Source: Calditrichales bacterium (GTDB lineage Bacteria; Calditrichota; Calditrichia; Calditrichales; J004). From it: a DNA stretch of 64,000 bases. The position numbers were made by a program, and so were the translations under genes. Positions 48,751 through 59,426 of the stretch are shown piece by piece (position 1 is the first letter of the stretch; the number at the start of each line of letters is the position of its first letter). The notes beneath the pieces were generated by a model. The model was not told the DNA's origin and ran no database searches. It saw nothing but the letters and a program-made list of their open reading frames with translations. Where the stretch lies: positions 3,232,001 through 3,296,000 of the forward strand of contig OZ254086.1 in the NCBI GenBank assembly GCA_965267575.1, written 5' to 3'.

Positions 48751-49995
48751 ATGAAGACCTGCCTGATAATATCAGCATATTTTCCGCCCGTAGGTGGTGT
48801 GGGCGTCCAACGGATTACCAAGCTTGTAAAGTACCTTCCGCAAAATGGCTGGAAGCCCGTAGTAGTTACCATACCACGGTATGGAAGTAAGGCGGCAAGA
48901 GATCCGAAGTTGGAAGACGCCATTCCGCAAGAAGCTGAAATAATCCGTCCGTTTTATCTGGATTATCGACGATTTATCCCTGGAGATATCGCTAAGCTTT
49001 TTCGCAAAATCGAAAAAGAAAAGCTATACCCTGACAAATTTGTCATTTGGAATTATTTTGTAAAAAGAAAAATTAATTACGTTGTGAACCACTTCCGCCC
49101 GGATATAGTTTTTGTAAACGTAAATCCTTTTTCAAGTTTACTACTTGCTGCAGATTTAAAAAAAATGACGGGACTGCCGGTTGTTGTAAATTTCCGCGAT
49201 CCGTTTTCATTTAATAATTATTTGATAACCGAAAAAGATTTTGCTGAATCGAAGCGTGCGCTGGAATTGGAACAGAAGCTTTTTCAAAACTATGACGCGA
49301 TCGTCTGTGTTACGCCGTTCGCCACAAACACATACCGCAAACTGTTTCCGCAGATGGTTGACAGGATTTATTTTATACCCAATGGCTTTGATCCTGAAGA
49401 TTTCGAGGATGTTGCTCCGGCAAAGCCGGAAACGTTCACAATAGGGTATAACGGCAGTATCAGTTCTTTGGTGCCGATCGCACCGATTCTTGAAGCCATT
49501 CACCATATCTATCGGGAACATGGTATCAGGATTAAGCTGAACATTGCCAGTGCAAACCGGTTAAGAGATTTCCGATCGCACTGTCCGGAATGCTTTGACG
49601 AGGGTCTTGCTGAACATAAAGGCTTCCTTTCGCATTCCGAAAGCCTGGAAAATCTGGCGCGCTCGCATCTGCTGCTGGCCATGTTTGCAAAAAATAAGTC
49701 TACAGAGGGTGCCTATCCAGGAAAGATTTTCGAATACCTCGCAATGAAAAAACCGATTTTGTTGCTTAACCACCCTGAGAGCGACCTGGCGAAATTGGTA
49801 TTAAAAACAAAAAGCGGAACAGTTGTCGATATCGAAAACCATGAAGAGATCGTAAAGACGTTGCTTATGTATCATGAAAAATGGCAAAAAGATGAGTGGG
49901 CGTTTTCTCAGAATGAAGAGGCTGTAAAGCAGTATGATTATCGCGTGATAACAAAGAAAACGACAGAACTGTTTGATGAAGTACTTTCAAAATAA
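48751..49995 (+). CDS. Glycosyltransferase family 4-like
   Basis: YFPPVGGVGVQR, FRDP, IPNGFD and PGKIFEY motifs. Confidence 0.88.
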   Translation: MKTCLIISAYFPPVGGVGVQRITKLVKYLPQNGWKPVVVTIPRYGSKAARDPKLEDAIPQEAEIIRPFYLDYRRFIPGDIAKLFRKIEKEKLYPDKFVIWNYFVKRKINYVVNHFRPDIVFVNVNPFSSLLLAADLKKMTGLPVVVNFRDPFSFNNYLITEKDFAESKRALELEQKLFQNYDAIVCVTPFATNTYRKLFPQMVDRIYFIPNGFDPEDFEDVAPAKPETFTIGYNGSISSLVPIAPILEAIHHIYREHGIRIKLNIASANRLRDFRSHCPECFDEGLAEHKGFLSHSESLENLARSHLLLAMFAKNKSTEGAYPGKIFEYLAMKKPILLLNHPESDLAKLVLKTKSGTVVDIENHEEIVKTLLMYHEKWQKDEWAFSQNEEAVKQYDYRVITKKTTELFDEVLSK

Positions 49996-50024
49996 AAAAC
50001 TGAAAAAAGAAGCAGAGTCCTGAA

Positions 50025-50969
50025 ATGAAAATTAGTGGTTTTTCTTTCGTCAGAAACGGTGTTTTATTGTATTACCCTATAGTAGAATCGATAAAATCTA
50101 TTCTGCCCCTGGTCGATGAATTTTATGTTGCAGTGGGCAAAGGCGACGAAGGCGATACAACCCGAAATGAAATCGCGGCAATTAAAGACCCCAAAGTTAA
50201 GATTATTGATACCGTGTGGGATGAACGCTATTACAGACGCGGCATTATTAATGCTCTGCAGACAGATGTAGCTCAGCAGGCTTGTAGCGGGGACTGGCTG
50301 TTCTATTTGCAGGCAGATGAAGTGGTTCATGAAAAGTATTTGCCCATAATCCAAAAACGCTGCGAAGAATTGTTTTACAATGAAGATGTAGAAGGACTAT
50401 TATTTCGTTACAAGCACTTTTGGGGCGACTATAATCACTACCACGGTGGTCATGGCTGGTATCCTAATGAAATCAGGATAATACGAAACCTACCAACTAT
50501 ACATTCTTATGAAAGCGCACAGTCTTTCCGCCATTTCGAGCCCTACATGCATCCACGTCAGCAGGAAGGCACACGCAAGCTGAAGGTAGCACGGGTGGAT
50601 GCGGAAATTTATCATTACGGATGGGTGAGGCCGCCGCATTTAATGCAAAACAAGCGCCGCGCATTGGATACCGTTCACTGGGGACGCAATAAAGCGGATA
50701 ATCATTATTCCGATCAGCCTGACTATTTTGATTACGGTCCGCTGGAAAACCTTTCCGTCTTCAGGGATTCACACCCTAAGGTAATGCAGCCACGCATCAA
50801 AAAAATGGACTGGGCCGATAAGCTGCAGTACACCGGAAAACCCCGTAAAGACCGCTTGCCGCACAAGCACGAACGTGTCCGTTACAAACTGGCAAGCTGG
50901 ATGGAGAGGAATGTCACAAAAAAAGAGATTGGTGGATTTAAGAACTATATTCTTTTGGAAGACGTCTGA
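50025..50969 (+). CDS. Glycosyltransferase family 2-like
   Basis: SGFSFVRN, YLQADE and YHYGWVR motifs. Confidence 0.85.
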   Translation: MKISGFSFVRNGVLLYYPIVESIKSILPLVDEFYVAVGKGDEGDTTRNEIAAIKDPKVKIIDTVWDERYYRRGIINALQTDVAQQACSGDWLFYLQADEVVHEKYLPIIQKRCEELFYNEDVEGLLFRYKHFWGDYNHYHGGHGWYPNEIRIIRNLPTIHSYESAQSFRHFEPYMHPRQQEGTRKLKVARVDAEIYHYGWVRPPHLMQNKRRALDTVHWGRNKADNHYSDQPDYFDYGPLENLSVFRDSHPKVMQPRIKKMDWADKLQYTGKPRKDRLPHKHERVRYKLASWMERNVTKKEIGGFKNYILLEDV

Positions 50970-50977
50970 GCAGACCA

Positions 50978-52072
50978 ATGAACGTTCTTTATATCTCATC
51001 AAAAAGGAGTTGGGGCGGGGTAGTGACCTGGCTAAAAGTCACTGCTGAGGCACTTAATAAGCGAGGACACAAAGTTTGGCTTATAACTCATCCATACTTG
51101 CCGGTTGAAGACAATGCCATGCCAGGAATGGTTCTACGAAAAGCGCTGGGCCCGGACTATAATCCGTTAATGCTCCTGTTTCTTGTTCGTTTTATTAAAA
51201 AAAACCGTGTAGACCTGGTAATCACAAATATTCAAAAGGAAGTTATCGCCGGAGGTCTGGCTGCCAAAGTGTGCTCGATTCCAAACATCCGGATTATTGG
51301 AAGTGCTAATGATATTAACGCTCGCATCCGCAAACGTCAGGAAAGGTTTGTGACGCATTCTATAATCCCTTGTGACTATGTTTTTAATAAAGCGGCACAA
51401 AGAGAGGATTGGTTAAAGAGGGGGGATTTCACCACCATATATAACGGGCGCAACCTTGCTGAGTATTCTAAGGCAGAGATTCTTGCCCAACGTAGGGAAT
51501 GGGGTTTGGACTCATCTCACATCATTCTGGGCGTTATTTGTAAACTGGGCCGGGTGAAGAACATCGCAGGCTTGCTGAATGCCTTCCCTGAGATTGTCAG
51601 AAAGCGGGAAAATGTACGCCTCGTAATCGTTGGAGAGGGGCCTGAGAAAAAGAGCCTAATGGCACAGGCTGACGCCCTACAGATAACGGACAATGTGGTT
51701 TTTGCTGGTTTCACGGTAAAGCCGCTACTATGCTCCGCGGCATTTGATGTGGGGATAATTAATTCATTTAGCGAAGCCCTGCCATTTAGCTTAATGGAAT
51801 ATATGGCGGCCGGTCGTGCCGTTATTTCCACAAATGTCGGTGGGATAGGCGAAGTGATTGAAGACGGGCATAATGGATTACTCATTGAAGCCGGCAATGA
51901 GGCACAATTGACGAAAGCGCTTTTTAGCTTGATTGATGATCCGGAATTGCGCGCCCGGCTTGCTTCAAATGCTCTGGAAAGTATTGTAAAGAGATTTAGT
52001 GAAGATAAAATGATTGAAAAGACGGAAGAAACCTTCCGCAAGATTATCGAAAAAGAGGATACAACGAAATGA
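50978..52072 (+). CDS. Glycosyltransferase family 4
   Basis: IYNG, EALPFSLMEYMAAG and NVGGIGE motifs. Confidence 0.9.
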   Translation: MNVLYISSKRSWGGVVTWLKVTAEALNKRGHKVWLITHPYLPVEDNAMPGMVLRKALGPDYNPLMLLFLVRFIKKNRVDLVITNIQKEVIAGGLAAKVCSIPNIRIIGSANDINARIRKRQERFVTHSIIPCDYVFNKAAQREDWLKRGDFTTIYNGRNLAEYSKAEILAQRREWGLDSSHIILGVICKLGRVKNIAGLLNAFPEIVRKRENVRLVIVGEGPEKKSLMAQADALQITDNVVFAGFTVKPLLCSAAFDVGIINSFSEALPFSLMEYMAAGRAVISTNVGGIGEVIEDGHNGLLIEAGNEAQLTKALFSLIDDPELRARLASNALESIVKRFSEDKMIEKTEETFRKIIEKEDTTK

Positions 52073-52458
52073 AAATTGAGATTTCGATTGGCGAGTTGGT
52101 TGACAAGGTTTCCATCCTGGAGATAAAGCTGGAAAAATTTAAAGACGAAGCCAAGAAAGCGAACGTGCTCAAAGAATACAATCTGTTAAAAAAAGACATG
52201 GAGACACTGGGCATTGATACGCAAAACGCGGATTATCTGGACCTTAAAAAGGTTAACCTCAGCTTGTGGGATATTGAGGATAAAATTCGCGTTAAGGAGC
52301 GGGAGCAGGCTTTTGATGAAGAGTTTATCGGTCTTGCGCGGTCCGTTTATTTTGAAAATGATAAACGGGCTGCTATCAAGAAGCGAATCAATCTGGCCCA
52401 CGGCTCCGACCTGGTGGAAGAAAAAGAGTATGTTGATTATAAAAAAGGCAAGCAGTAG
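52069..52458 (+). CDS. DUF6165-like protein
   Basis: ISIGELVDKVSILEIK, LWDIED, NDKRA and EEK motifs. Confidence 0.85.
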   Translation: MKIEISIGELVDKVSILEIKLEKFKDEAKKANVLKEYNLLKKDMETLGIDTQNADYLDLKKVNLSLWDIEDKIRVKEREQAFDEEFIGLARSVYFENDKRAAIKKRINLAHGSDLVEEKEYVDYKKGKQ

Positions 52459-52579
52459 AAAAACTTTTTATATGGTTTAGTTTTGAATTGCGTGTTAGCA
52501 TTTCGCGGGCTTTTTTTGGGATTCGGATTCCACGGCGAAGTGCTTGAGAAATCGATTTCATGACAATTACAGTATTAGA

Positions 52580-53620
52580 ATGAATAAAGACAGAATTCCC
52601 GAACAACAGCTTAAGCAGATAAAGAAAGTCCTGGTAATTCAACTTGGACCCATCGGGGATGCGTTGCTCACAACCAGTTATTTTAGGGCGCTGAAAGAAT
52701 ATCTTCCCGGCATCGAGCTGCATTATCTGATTAAGCAGCAATATGTGAAGGCCATCGCCAATCATCCGCTGATCGATAAAATTGTCCCTATTGCAAAAGG
52801 TCGGGGTATGGAATATTACAGGGCGCGCTGGGAGGCCGTGAAACAGATTCGTGCCGAAAAATACGATCTGGTTATTGACCAGCAGAATATGCCCGCATCG
52901 CAGATTATTACGGCTTTGAGCGGTGCGCCGCTGCGTCTGGGCTATGCCGATGCACGATTCAGTTCCGCCTATAATTACAAAGCTCCACGGCGGGAAATCC
53001 GCTATAGCGCACAGCGCAAATTTGATATCGTGATCCCACTGGGTATGAAAGAACAAAAAGCCGATATCTTTTTTTACATAGACGATGCCGCGCATGACTA
53101 TGTTAAGTCCTGGTTGAAAGCCGAGGGCCTGGCCGGAAAGGATTTCGTATGTATGTCGCCTTCCAGCCCCATTCCGCGCAAGAAGTGGAATGCAGGGAAT
53201 TTTGCAAAACTGGCTGACCGAATCGTTGCGGAGCTCGGATTGCCTGTGGTTTTTGTATGGGCGCCTAATGAATTAACGGATGTGGAAGCGGTTCGTGAAC
53301 AGATGAATGAACAATCCATCCTGGCGCCAAAGACAAGTTTGATGGAGGTTGCGGCGCTTTTGAAACGCGGTCGTTTGCTACTTTGTAACGATGGCGGATT
53401 GAACCATCTGGCCGTGGCAACAAAGACGGAGACACTGGCCTTTTTCGGCAATACCGATCCGGCGGACTGGTCACCGGCCTCTGTGTACAGCCACCATCAC
53501 CATTTATATAATCCCCGGCACGATTCATCGGCGGATTTTGATTTTGGTATCTCGCCCAATGAAGCGTTCCGTAAAGTATGTGAGATTTTGAAGGTAAAAG
53601 AACATGCGCCGAAAAATTAG
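52580..53620 (+). CDS. Glycosyltransferase family 9 (LPS heptosyltransferase-like)
   Basis: IGDALL, KKW and CNDGGLNHLA motifs. Confidence 0.88.
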   Translation: MNKDRIPEQQLKQIKKVLVIQLGPIGDALLTTSYFRALKEYLPGIELHYLIKQQYVKAIANHPLIDKIVPIAKGRGMEYYRARWEAVKQIRAEKYDLVIDQQNMPASQIITALSGAPLRLGYADARFSSAYNYKAPRREIRYSAQRKFDIVIPLGMKEQKADIFFYIDDAAHDYVKSWLKAEGLAGKDFVCMSPSSPIPRKKWNAGNFAKLADRIVAELGLPVVFVWAPNELTDVEAVREQMNEQSILAPKTSLMEVAALLKRGRLLLCNDGGLNHLAVATKTETLAFFGNTDPADWSPASVYSHHHHLYNPRHDSSADFDFGISPNEAFRKVCEILKVKEHAPKN

Positions 53621-54374
53621 CGCAGCTATCATTACCAAAAACGAAGAACACAATATCAGGCGTTGCCTGGAAGCGGTTAAATGGGTTGATGAAATTGTAA
53701 TCGTTGATTCAGGCTCAACCGATAAGACTCTCGATATTTGTCGCGAGTATGGCTGCAAGATCATCGAAACCGGCTGGCACGGCTTTGGTCCGCAGAAAAA
53801 AATGGCCACGGATGCCTGCAGCCACGATTGGGTACTTTCCGTGGATGCCGATGAAGAGGTGACTCCGGAGCTGGCAGCCGAGATACAATCGCTTTTGGAA
53901 CAGGAAAAGTTGCTGGCAGGATATAGGATTAAGTGGCTAAGCTATTATGTAACTGACTGGATAAGACATTCCGGCTGGAACCGCACTTGGAAAACAAAGC
54001 TGTTCGATCGCACCTGCGGAAATTTTAATGATAGCCTGATACATGAAAAAGTAGTTGTGAAAGGTGAAAAGGCCAATCTTAGAGGGCTTTTGAAGCATCA
54101 CACCTATCCCGACCTTGATACCGTGGCCCGCAAGATCGATGATTACAGTCGGATGGGTGCAGACATGTTGCGCGATAAAGGAAAGCAGTCGGGACTGTTT
54201 AGCGCCTATGCCCATGGCTTTGCCGTTTTTGCTAAAATGTATCTTTTTAATTTCGGATTTTTGGATGGCCGGATAGGTCTTGTGCTGGCGACAAACTACG
54301 CTTTTGCCACCTATTATAAATACCTGCGTTTGTGGGTGGATCAGCGCCAGGTAGCATCCGGCAAAGGCTCCTAA
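53604..54374 (+). CDS. GT2 LPS core glycosyltransferase (WaaE/KdtX-like)
   Basis: ITKNEE, VDSGSTD, DADE, IHE and GFLDG motifs. Confidence 0.88.
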   Translation: MRRKISAAIITKNEEHNIRRCLEAVKWVDEIVIVDSGSTDKTLDICREYGCKIIETGWHGFGPQKKMATDACSHDWVLSVDADEEVTPELAAEIQSLLEQEKLLAGYRIKWLSYYVTDWIRHSGWNRTWKTKLFDRTCGNFNDSLIHEKVVVKGEKANLRGLLKHHTYPDLDTVARKIDDYSRMGADMLRDKGKQSGLFSAYAHGFAVFAKMYLFNFGFLDGRIGLVLATNYAFATYYKYLRLWVDQRQVASGKGS

Positions 54375-54380
54375 AGGCTG

Positions 54381-55415
54381 ATGAGTGCGACCAATTATTC
54401 CGGAATTCTGATCATCCAGACAGCCTTTATCGGGGATGTCATACTGATTACACCATTGATCCGGGCGACGCGACAGCTTTTCCCTCAGGCACGCGTGGAC
54501 GCTTTGGTTATTCCGCAAACCGCAGGCGTACTGGCCAACAATCCTCATTTAGACCATATCTACACCTTTGACAAGCGCAGCAACAAGGCGATTGCTTTTT
54601 GGAAAACGGCGCGCCTGTTGCGGCAGCAGCGCTATGATCTTGCCATATCCCCGCATAGCTCGATGACCACAAGCTGGCTGATGCGTGCGGCTAACATTCC
54701 CAACCGGCTTGGTTATGACCGCTGGCGTCAGGCCAAATCGCTGACTATGAAAGTACCGCATAGTGCGAGGGAGCTGAAGGTTGAGAAGAATCTGCACTTG
54801 CTCAGTGCCCTGTCCGATAAGACTTTTGATAAACAGACTGAACTGTTTCCCGGCACCGCGGCCCGGCAAAAAGCCGGGCGGCTGTTGCAAGGATTGAGGC
54901 AAAATGGCCGCAGGCTGGTAGCGCTGGCCCCCGGATCGGTGTGGAACACAAAGCGCTGGCCGGCGGAGCATTATGTGCAACTGGCCCGGGGTCTCGCTCA
55001 GAATAATATCGATATTATCTTTGTCGGGGCGCCGGATGAAAAGGCGCTGTGTGATGAGATTATTGCGCAAAGCGGCATTAAGGCAGCAAATCTCGCCGGA
55101 CAAACCAACTTGATGGAATCCGCCGCTGTCGCTGCCCGCTGCGACCTGATGATCTGCAACGACAGCGGGGCGCTGCACATAGCCAATGCCATGAAAACCG
55201 ATGTTTTTGCCTTCTTCGGCCCGACGGTGAAAAAGCTGGGCTATTATCCCTTCCGCGAGAATGACCATGTGTTCGAGATATCCGGGTTGGAATGCCGGCC
55301 CTGCGGCAGTCACGGTCATGATAAATGCCCGCTGGGTCATTTCCGCTGTATGCTGGACCTGAAACCAGAACCTGTGTTAAAGGTGGCACTTAAACACCTG
55401 GAGAAACAAAGCTGA
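54381..55415 (+). CDS. waaF: GT9 LPS heptosyltransferase II-like
   Basis: FIGDVIL, APGSVWNTKRWP, NDSGALH, FGPT and CRPC motifs. Confidence 0.8.
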   Translation: MSATNYSGILIIQTAFIGDVILITPLIRATRQLFPQARVDALVIPQTAGVLANNPHLDHIYTFDKRSNKAIAFWKTARLLRQQRYDLAISPHSSMTTSWLMRAANIPNRLGYDRWRQAKSLTMKVPHSARELKVEKNLHLLSALSDKTFDKQTELFPGTAARQKAGRLLQGLRQNGRRLVALAPGSVWNTKRWPAEHYVQLARGLAQNNIDIIFVGAPDEKALCDEIIAQSGIKAANLAGQTNLMESAAVAARCDLMICNDSGALHIANAMKTDVFAFFGPTVKKLGYYPFRENDHVFEISGLECRPCGSHGHDKCPLGHFRCMLDLKPEPVLKVALKHLEKQS

Positions 55416-56467
55416 TGGTCTTGTCTTCTGTTTTTACGGCGATTCCTTATAAGCTGGCCTGGCAGGCGGTGCGTTTCTTTGGCCGGCAACATTCCGCCAT
55501 GGTTTACATTGCTGAACCAATGGACTGGATAATCTGGCGCCAGATTCAAAAACACATCCGGCAAACCGTAGCGGTGGCAGCCCGGCCAGCAGCACAATCT
55601 TACCTGCGCAGCAAGGGGATTGCGTACCACAAGCTGCCGGTTTTCCCGGAAAGTGTTATTATGTTTCGCCACGCAACGCACCGTTTCCCGGAAAAGCGAA
55701 TCGTAAAAATAGGGATGAACCACGGTGCTTACCGTTTTAAGCGTTTTACAAAAACCAAAAATTATCTGGCTTTTGATGTCTACATGCTGAACAGCAGCAA
55801 AGAAGCATCTATGGCTCGGGAACGGGGCATTGGCAATACCGTGGTGACAGGCTCGCCAAAGATGGACCCGCTCTTTGATGGAACAATCTCTGGTGACTAT
55901 TTGGCTAAGCTTGGAGAGCGGCTGGGCCTTAATCCGGACAAAAAAACCGTAATGTTTAGCGCTACCTGGGACAAGTCCGGTTTATCCGCGGTCGATAAAT
56001 GGTCGGGAAAGCTTTCTGCTCTCTGCACGCAGCATAATGTACTGGTGACGCTTCACCCATGGGTTTCAAAACAACATTTCGAAAGCATTCGCCAAACGTC
56101 CGGCGTAAAGCTGATCGACGATCCCGATCTTATTCCGTATATGGCATTATCTGATGTGCTGGTTGGAGATACCAGTTCTGTTATCGGGGAATTTTGCGCC
56201 CTGAACAAACCTATTATTACCTTTAAGGTTGATGTCACGGAACGTCTTAATAAAGAAATCCCCGGCATTTTAGAAGAAATAAGCTGGCGTGTCGACACAT
56301 TTGAACAACTGGAGAAGGCGTTACCGCATGCGCTGGCCGAGCCGCAAAAACACGATATGGCGCGCGAGAATACGGCCCGGATGATGTTTGATGATTTGGA
56401 TGGAAAGGCCGGTCGCCGTGCGGCACAGGTCATCTGTGAAAAAATAGCCACCCTGGGGCTGTCGTAA
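55415..56467 (+). CDS. CDP-glycerol glycerophosphotransferase (TagF/TagB-like) family protein
   Basis: HG, GSPKMD, SATW, LHP, DTSSVIGEF and DGKAG motifs. Confidence 0.75.
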   Translation: MVLSSVFTAIPYKLAWQAVRFFGRQHSAMVYIAEPMDWIIWRQIQKHIRQTVAVAARPAAQSYLRSKGIAYHKLPVFPESVIMFRHATHRFPEKRIVKIGMNHGAYRFKRFTKTKNYLAFDVYMLNSSKEASMARERGIGNTVVTGSPKMDPLFDGTISGDYLAKLGERLGLNPDKKTVMFSATWDKSGLSAVDKWSGKLSALCTQHNVLVTLHPWVSKQHFESIRQTSGVKLIDDPDLIPYMALSDVLVGDTSSVIGEFCALNKPIITFKVDVTERLNKEIPGILEEISWRVDTFEQLEKALPHALAEPQKHDMARENTARMMFDDLDGKAGRRAAQVICEKIATLGLS

Positions 56468-56517
56468 TTCAGCCGCTGTTGACTTATATTGCACGCTCGA
56501 AAATCAATGGATTATAA

Positions 56518-58368
56518 ATGAAATTATATTTGCAGGTTCTCGCACTTATACGCCCCTACTGGCGCCACGTAATTTTGGTGATTGGCCTGACTCTTTTGTA
56601 TGTCCTTTTTAACAACCTGTCGCTTTGGGTTTCGGTGGATTTTGTACGCGAGCTTTTTACAGAAGGCAGCGGCAGTTCGGCAGTGGGCCAGGTAACCGAG
56701 ATCAGCGGCGCGAAAGATATCTACGGCAAAATAAACGCCGCTATCAAATCGTATATCATCCAGGACAACAAATTTGATACTTTGCTGGTTGTATGTTTTG
56801 TCATATTTCTCGCTTTCCTGCTAAAAAATATTACCCAGTTTTCGCGCCGCGTGCTGCTTACTTTTGTGGAACTTAATATTGTGGTAAACTTGCGCAACGC
56901 TCTGCACAAAAAACTTATGCACCTGCCCCTGGGCTATTTTTCGCGCCGGCACAGCGGTGATCTGACCTCGGTCGTATTTAACGATGTTAACGCCATAAAC
57001 TCTGTTTTGCACAACAGCTTCGGCAATCTCATTCTCGCGCCCATTCAAATTGTCACAAATATTGTGATTCTCTTTTTGATAAGTGTAAAACTGGCGCTGA
57101 TTACATTGACGATCGTGCCTGTAAGCGCCATTCTGATTACGAAAATAGGCCAAAGCATGCGCCGTAAAAGCCGCCGTGTGTTTAAGCAGATTGCCAATGT
57201 GGTATCATCGTTCCAGGAAACTGTATCCGCCATCCGCATTGTTAAGGCCTTTACCAGCGAAGATCGTGAAGAAAATAAATTTCGCGACGCCAACCGCGAT
57301 TATTTCAAAAAATACTTTAAAGCGCAGCGCCTGAACCATGCCACATCTCCGATCAACGAAACGTTTTTCGTAACGATCCTGGTGCTCCTGTTGTGGTACG
57401 GCGGAAGCCTGGTCTACAACAATCAGGGTTTGAATGCTGAAGATTTTCTGCGATTCCTCCTGTTCCTGTTTATGATTTTTGAACCATTAAAACAGCTTTC
57501 CGGTATCAACAACTCATTGCAGAACGGTCTTGCTGCCGCCGAACGTATTTTTGATGTATTGGACATGGAAAGCGAACCGTATAAAAAGGACGGCGGTAAA
57601 ACGATCACGCAATTCAAAGAGAATATCGCTTTTGAAAATGTCTCCTTCCGCTATGGCGCGGAGGAAGATGAAGTGTTGAAAAATATTAATCTTGAGATAA
57701 AAAAAGGCGAGATGGTAGCTTTTGTGGGGCACAGCGGTTCGGGAAAAAGTACTCTGCTTAACCTAATACCCCGGTTTTATGAAGCCGGTACGGGCCGTAT
57801 CCTGATTGACGGAAATGACATCGCGGAATATAAACTGATAGATCTGCGCAATATTATGGGCATCGTAACGCAGGACACCATTCTTTTTAATGATACCATT
57901 GGTAAAAACATTGCTTATGGCATGGACGAGGTAAGTGAAACCGAAATTATTGAAGCTGCTAAAATAGCTAATGCCTGGGAGTTTATAGATAAGCTGCCGG
58001 ATAAGCTGGACAGCCAGATCGGTGAAAAAGGCACACGCCTGTCGGGCGGTCAGAAGCAACGTTTAAGCATTGCCCGCGCCGTGCTTAAAAACCCGGATAT
58101 TCTGATACTGGATGAGGCGACGTCTGCGCTGGATTCCGAATCGGAGAAACTCGTTCAGGAAGCAATAGACAAACTGCTCGAGAGCCGCACCGTTCTGGTG
58201 ATCGCCCATAGGCTTTCAACCATAACCAATGCCAATAAGATCGTTGTTATGAATAATGGCATTGTCGAAGATATGGGCACGCATAATCAGTTGCTGGAGC
58301 GCAGTCCAACGTACCAGAACCTGACGCAAAACCAGTTTATTGAAGCCCGGCAGACATTATCACCTTGA
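56518..58368 (+). CDS. msbA: MsbA-like lipid A/LPS flippase ABC transporter
   Basis: TM domain followed by GHSGSGKST, LSGGQKQR and DEATSALD; located in the LPS cluster. Confidence 0.8.
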   Translation: MKLYLQVLALIRPYWRHVILVIGLTLLYVLFNNLSLWVSVDFVRELFTEGSGSSAVGQVTEISGAKDIYGKINAAIKSYIIQDNKFDTLLVVCFVIFLAFLLKNITQFSRRVLLTFVELNIVVNLRNALHKKLMHLPLGYFSRRHSGDLTSVVFNDVNAINSVLHNSFGNLILAPIQIVTNIVILFLISVKLALITLTIVPVSAILITKIGQSMRRKSRRVFKQIANVVSSFQETVSAIRIVKAFTSEDREENKFRDANRDYFKKYFKAQRLNHATSPINETFFVTILVLLLWYGGSLVYNNQGLNAEDFLRFLLFLFMIFEPLKQLSGINNSLQNGLAAAERIFDVLDMESEPYKKDGGKTITQFKENIAFENVSFRYGAEEDEVLKNINLEIKKGEMVAFVGHSGSGKSTLLNLIPRFYEAGTGRILIDGNDIAEYKLIDLRNIMGIVTQDTILFNDTIGKNIAYGMDEVSETEIIEAAKIANAWEFIDKLPDKLDSQIGEKGTRLSGGQKQRLSIARAVLKNPDILILDEATSALDSESEKLVQEAIDKLLESRTVLVIAHRLSTITNANKIVVMNNGIVEDMGTHNQLLERSPTYQNLTQNQFIEARQTLSP

Positions 58369-58423
58369 AAATTATGCCTGAATTGCGTTGTTTTGGAAAA
58401 AGGAAAACTGTAAAGAGAGTAAA

Positions 58424-59290
58424 ATGAAGATTCTTTTGATGCTGCCGCTTGTAATGTTGTTTTTTAATACACCACAACCGCGTGCTGTAAATGATGATAC
58501 GGCCGCTGATACGACGTCGCTGGAGGTTGCCCGCCAGGCTGTTGAGCTAAAACCAATTACGCAGGGCGCCTTTAAAGATGGTGAAGAGCTTTCTTTTAAA
58601 ATCCGCTACGGGTTTATAAAGGCCGGCACGGCCAAGATGAAAGTTTTTGAAAAAAACGGTGAAGATGGCAAGCGTCTCTACCATTTGCAGACAACCGCCC
58701 GCAGCCTGAAAGCTTTCGATTGGATATATAAAGTGGAAGACGTGGTCAACTCTTTTGTTGACTACACCTATTTTTACCCGGTTCGCTTTGAGAAGAAGCT
58801 TCGTGAAGGCGGCTATAAGGCCGATCTTTTTACGGATTATGTACACGACGATTCTTTGGCCGTTGTGGAATTCATCCGCTACCACGATGATATGAAAGTA
58901 AGAAAGCGCCAAAAATATGATGTAAAAATACCTCCTTATGTGCAGGACATTCTATCTTCCTTGTATTATGTGCGCACACAGGAGCTCGAGGTTGGCCGGC
59001 CGGTTTATATCACCAACCACGAAAAGAAAAAGATCTATGACATGGAAGTGCTTGTGCATCGTCGCGAGATCATTGAAGTTGAAGCCGGCAAATTCATGTG
59101 CATTGTTGTTGAACCTGTCGTCCGCGGTGAAGGACTGTTCAAAAAAGAGGGCAGTTTGCAGGTATGGCTAACTGACGACGACAGAAAAATCCCCGTCCAG
59201 ATGCAAAGCGAAATAGTGGTTGGGCATATTACTTCCGAACTGGTCGAAATTCGCGGAGTCGATGGTCGTATTTCTGCAAAAATAAAATAG
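58424..59290 (+). CDS. DUF3108 domain protein
   Basis: Signal peptide; GEEL...YG..AG, EAGKF and W.TDD..KIPV motifs. Confidence 0.85.
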   Translation: MKILLMLPLVMLFFNTPQPRAVNDDTAADTTSLEVARQAVELKPITQGAFKDGEELSFKIRYGFIKAGTAKMKVFEKNGEDGKRLYHLQTTARSLKAFDWIYKVEDVVNSFVDYTYFYPVRFEKKLREGGYKADLFTDYVHDDSLAVVEFIRYHDDMKVRKRQKYDVKIPPYVQDILSSLYYVRTQELEVGRPVYITNHEKKKIYDMEVLVHRREIIEVEAGKFMCIVVEPVVRGEGLFKKEGSLQVWLTDDDRKIPVQMQSEIVVGHITSELVEIRGVDGRISAKIK

Positions 59291-59371
59291 ACCTGCTTAT
59301 TTGCCATACGGACCTGCCATTTATTCTGTCAATTCTTCACATATCCTTTGATAAAGCTGCATATTCCTGTT

Positions 59372-59387
59372 TGGTATATGATTTGCA
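59372..59387 (+). promoter_or_regulatory. Sigma-54-type promoter (-24/-12)
   Basis: TGGTAT-ATGAT-TTGCA with correct GG-N10-GC spacing, 40 nt upstream of ATG 59427. Confidence 0.55.
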
Positions 59388-59426
59388 CTTTAAATGCATT
59401 CCAAAATCAGTCTGGAAAGTAGCACC

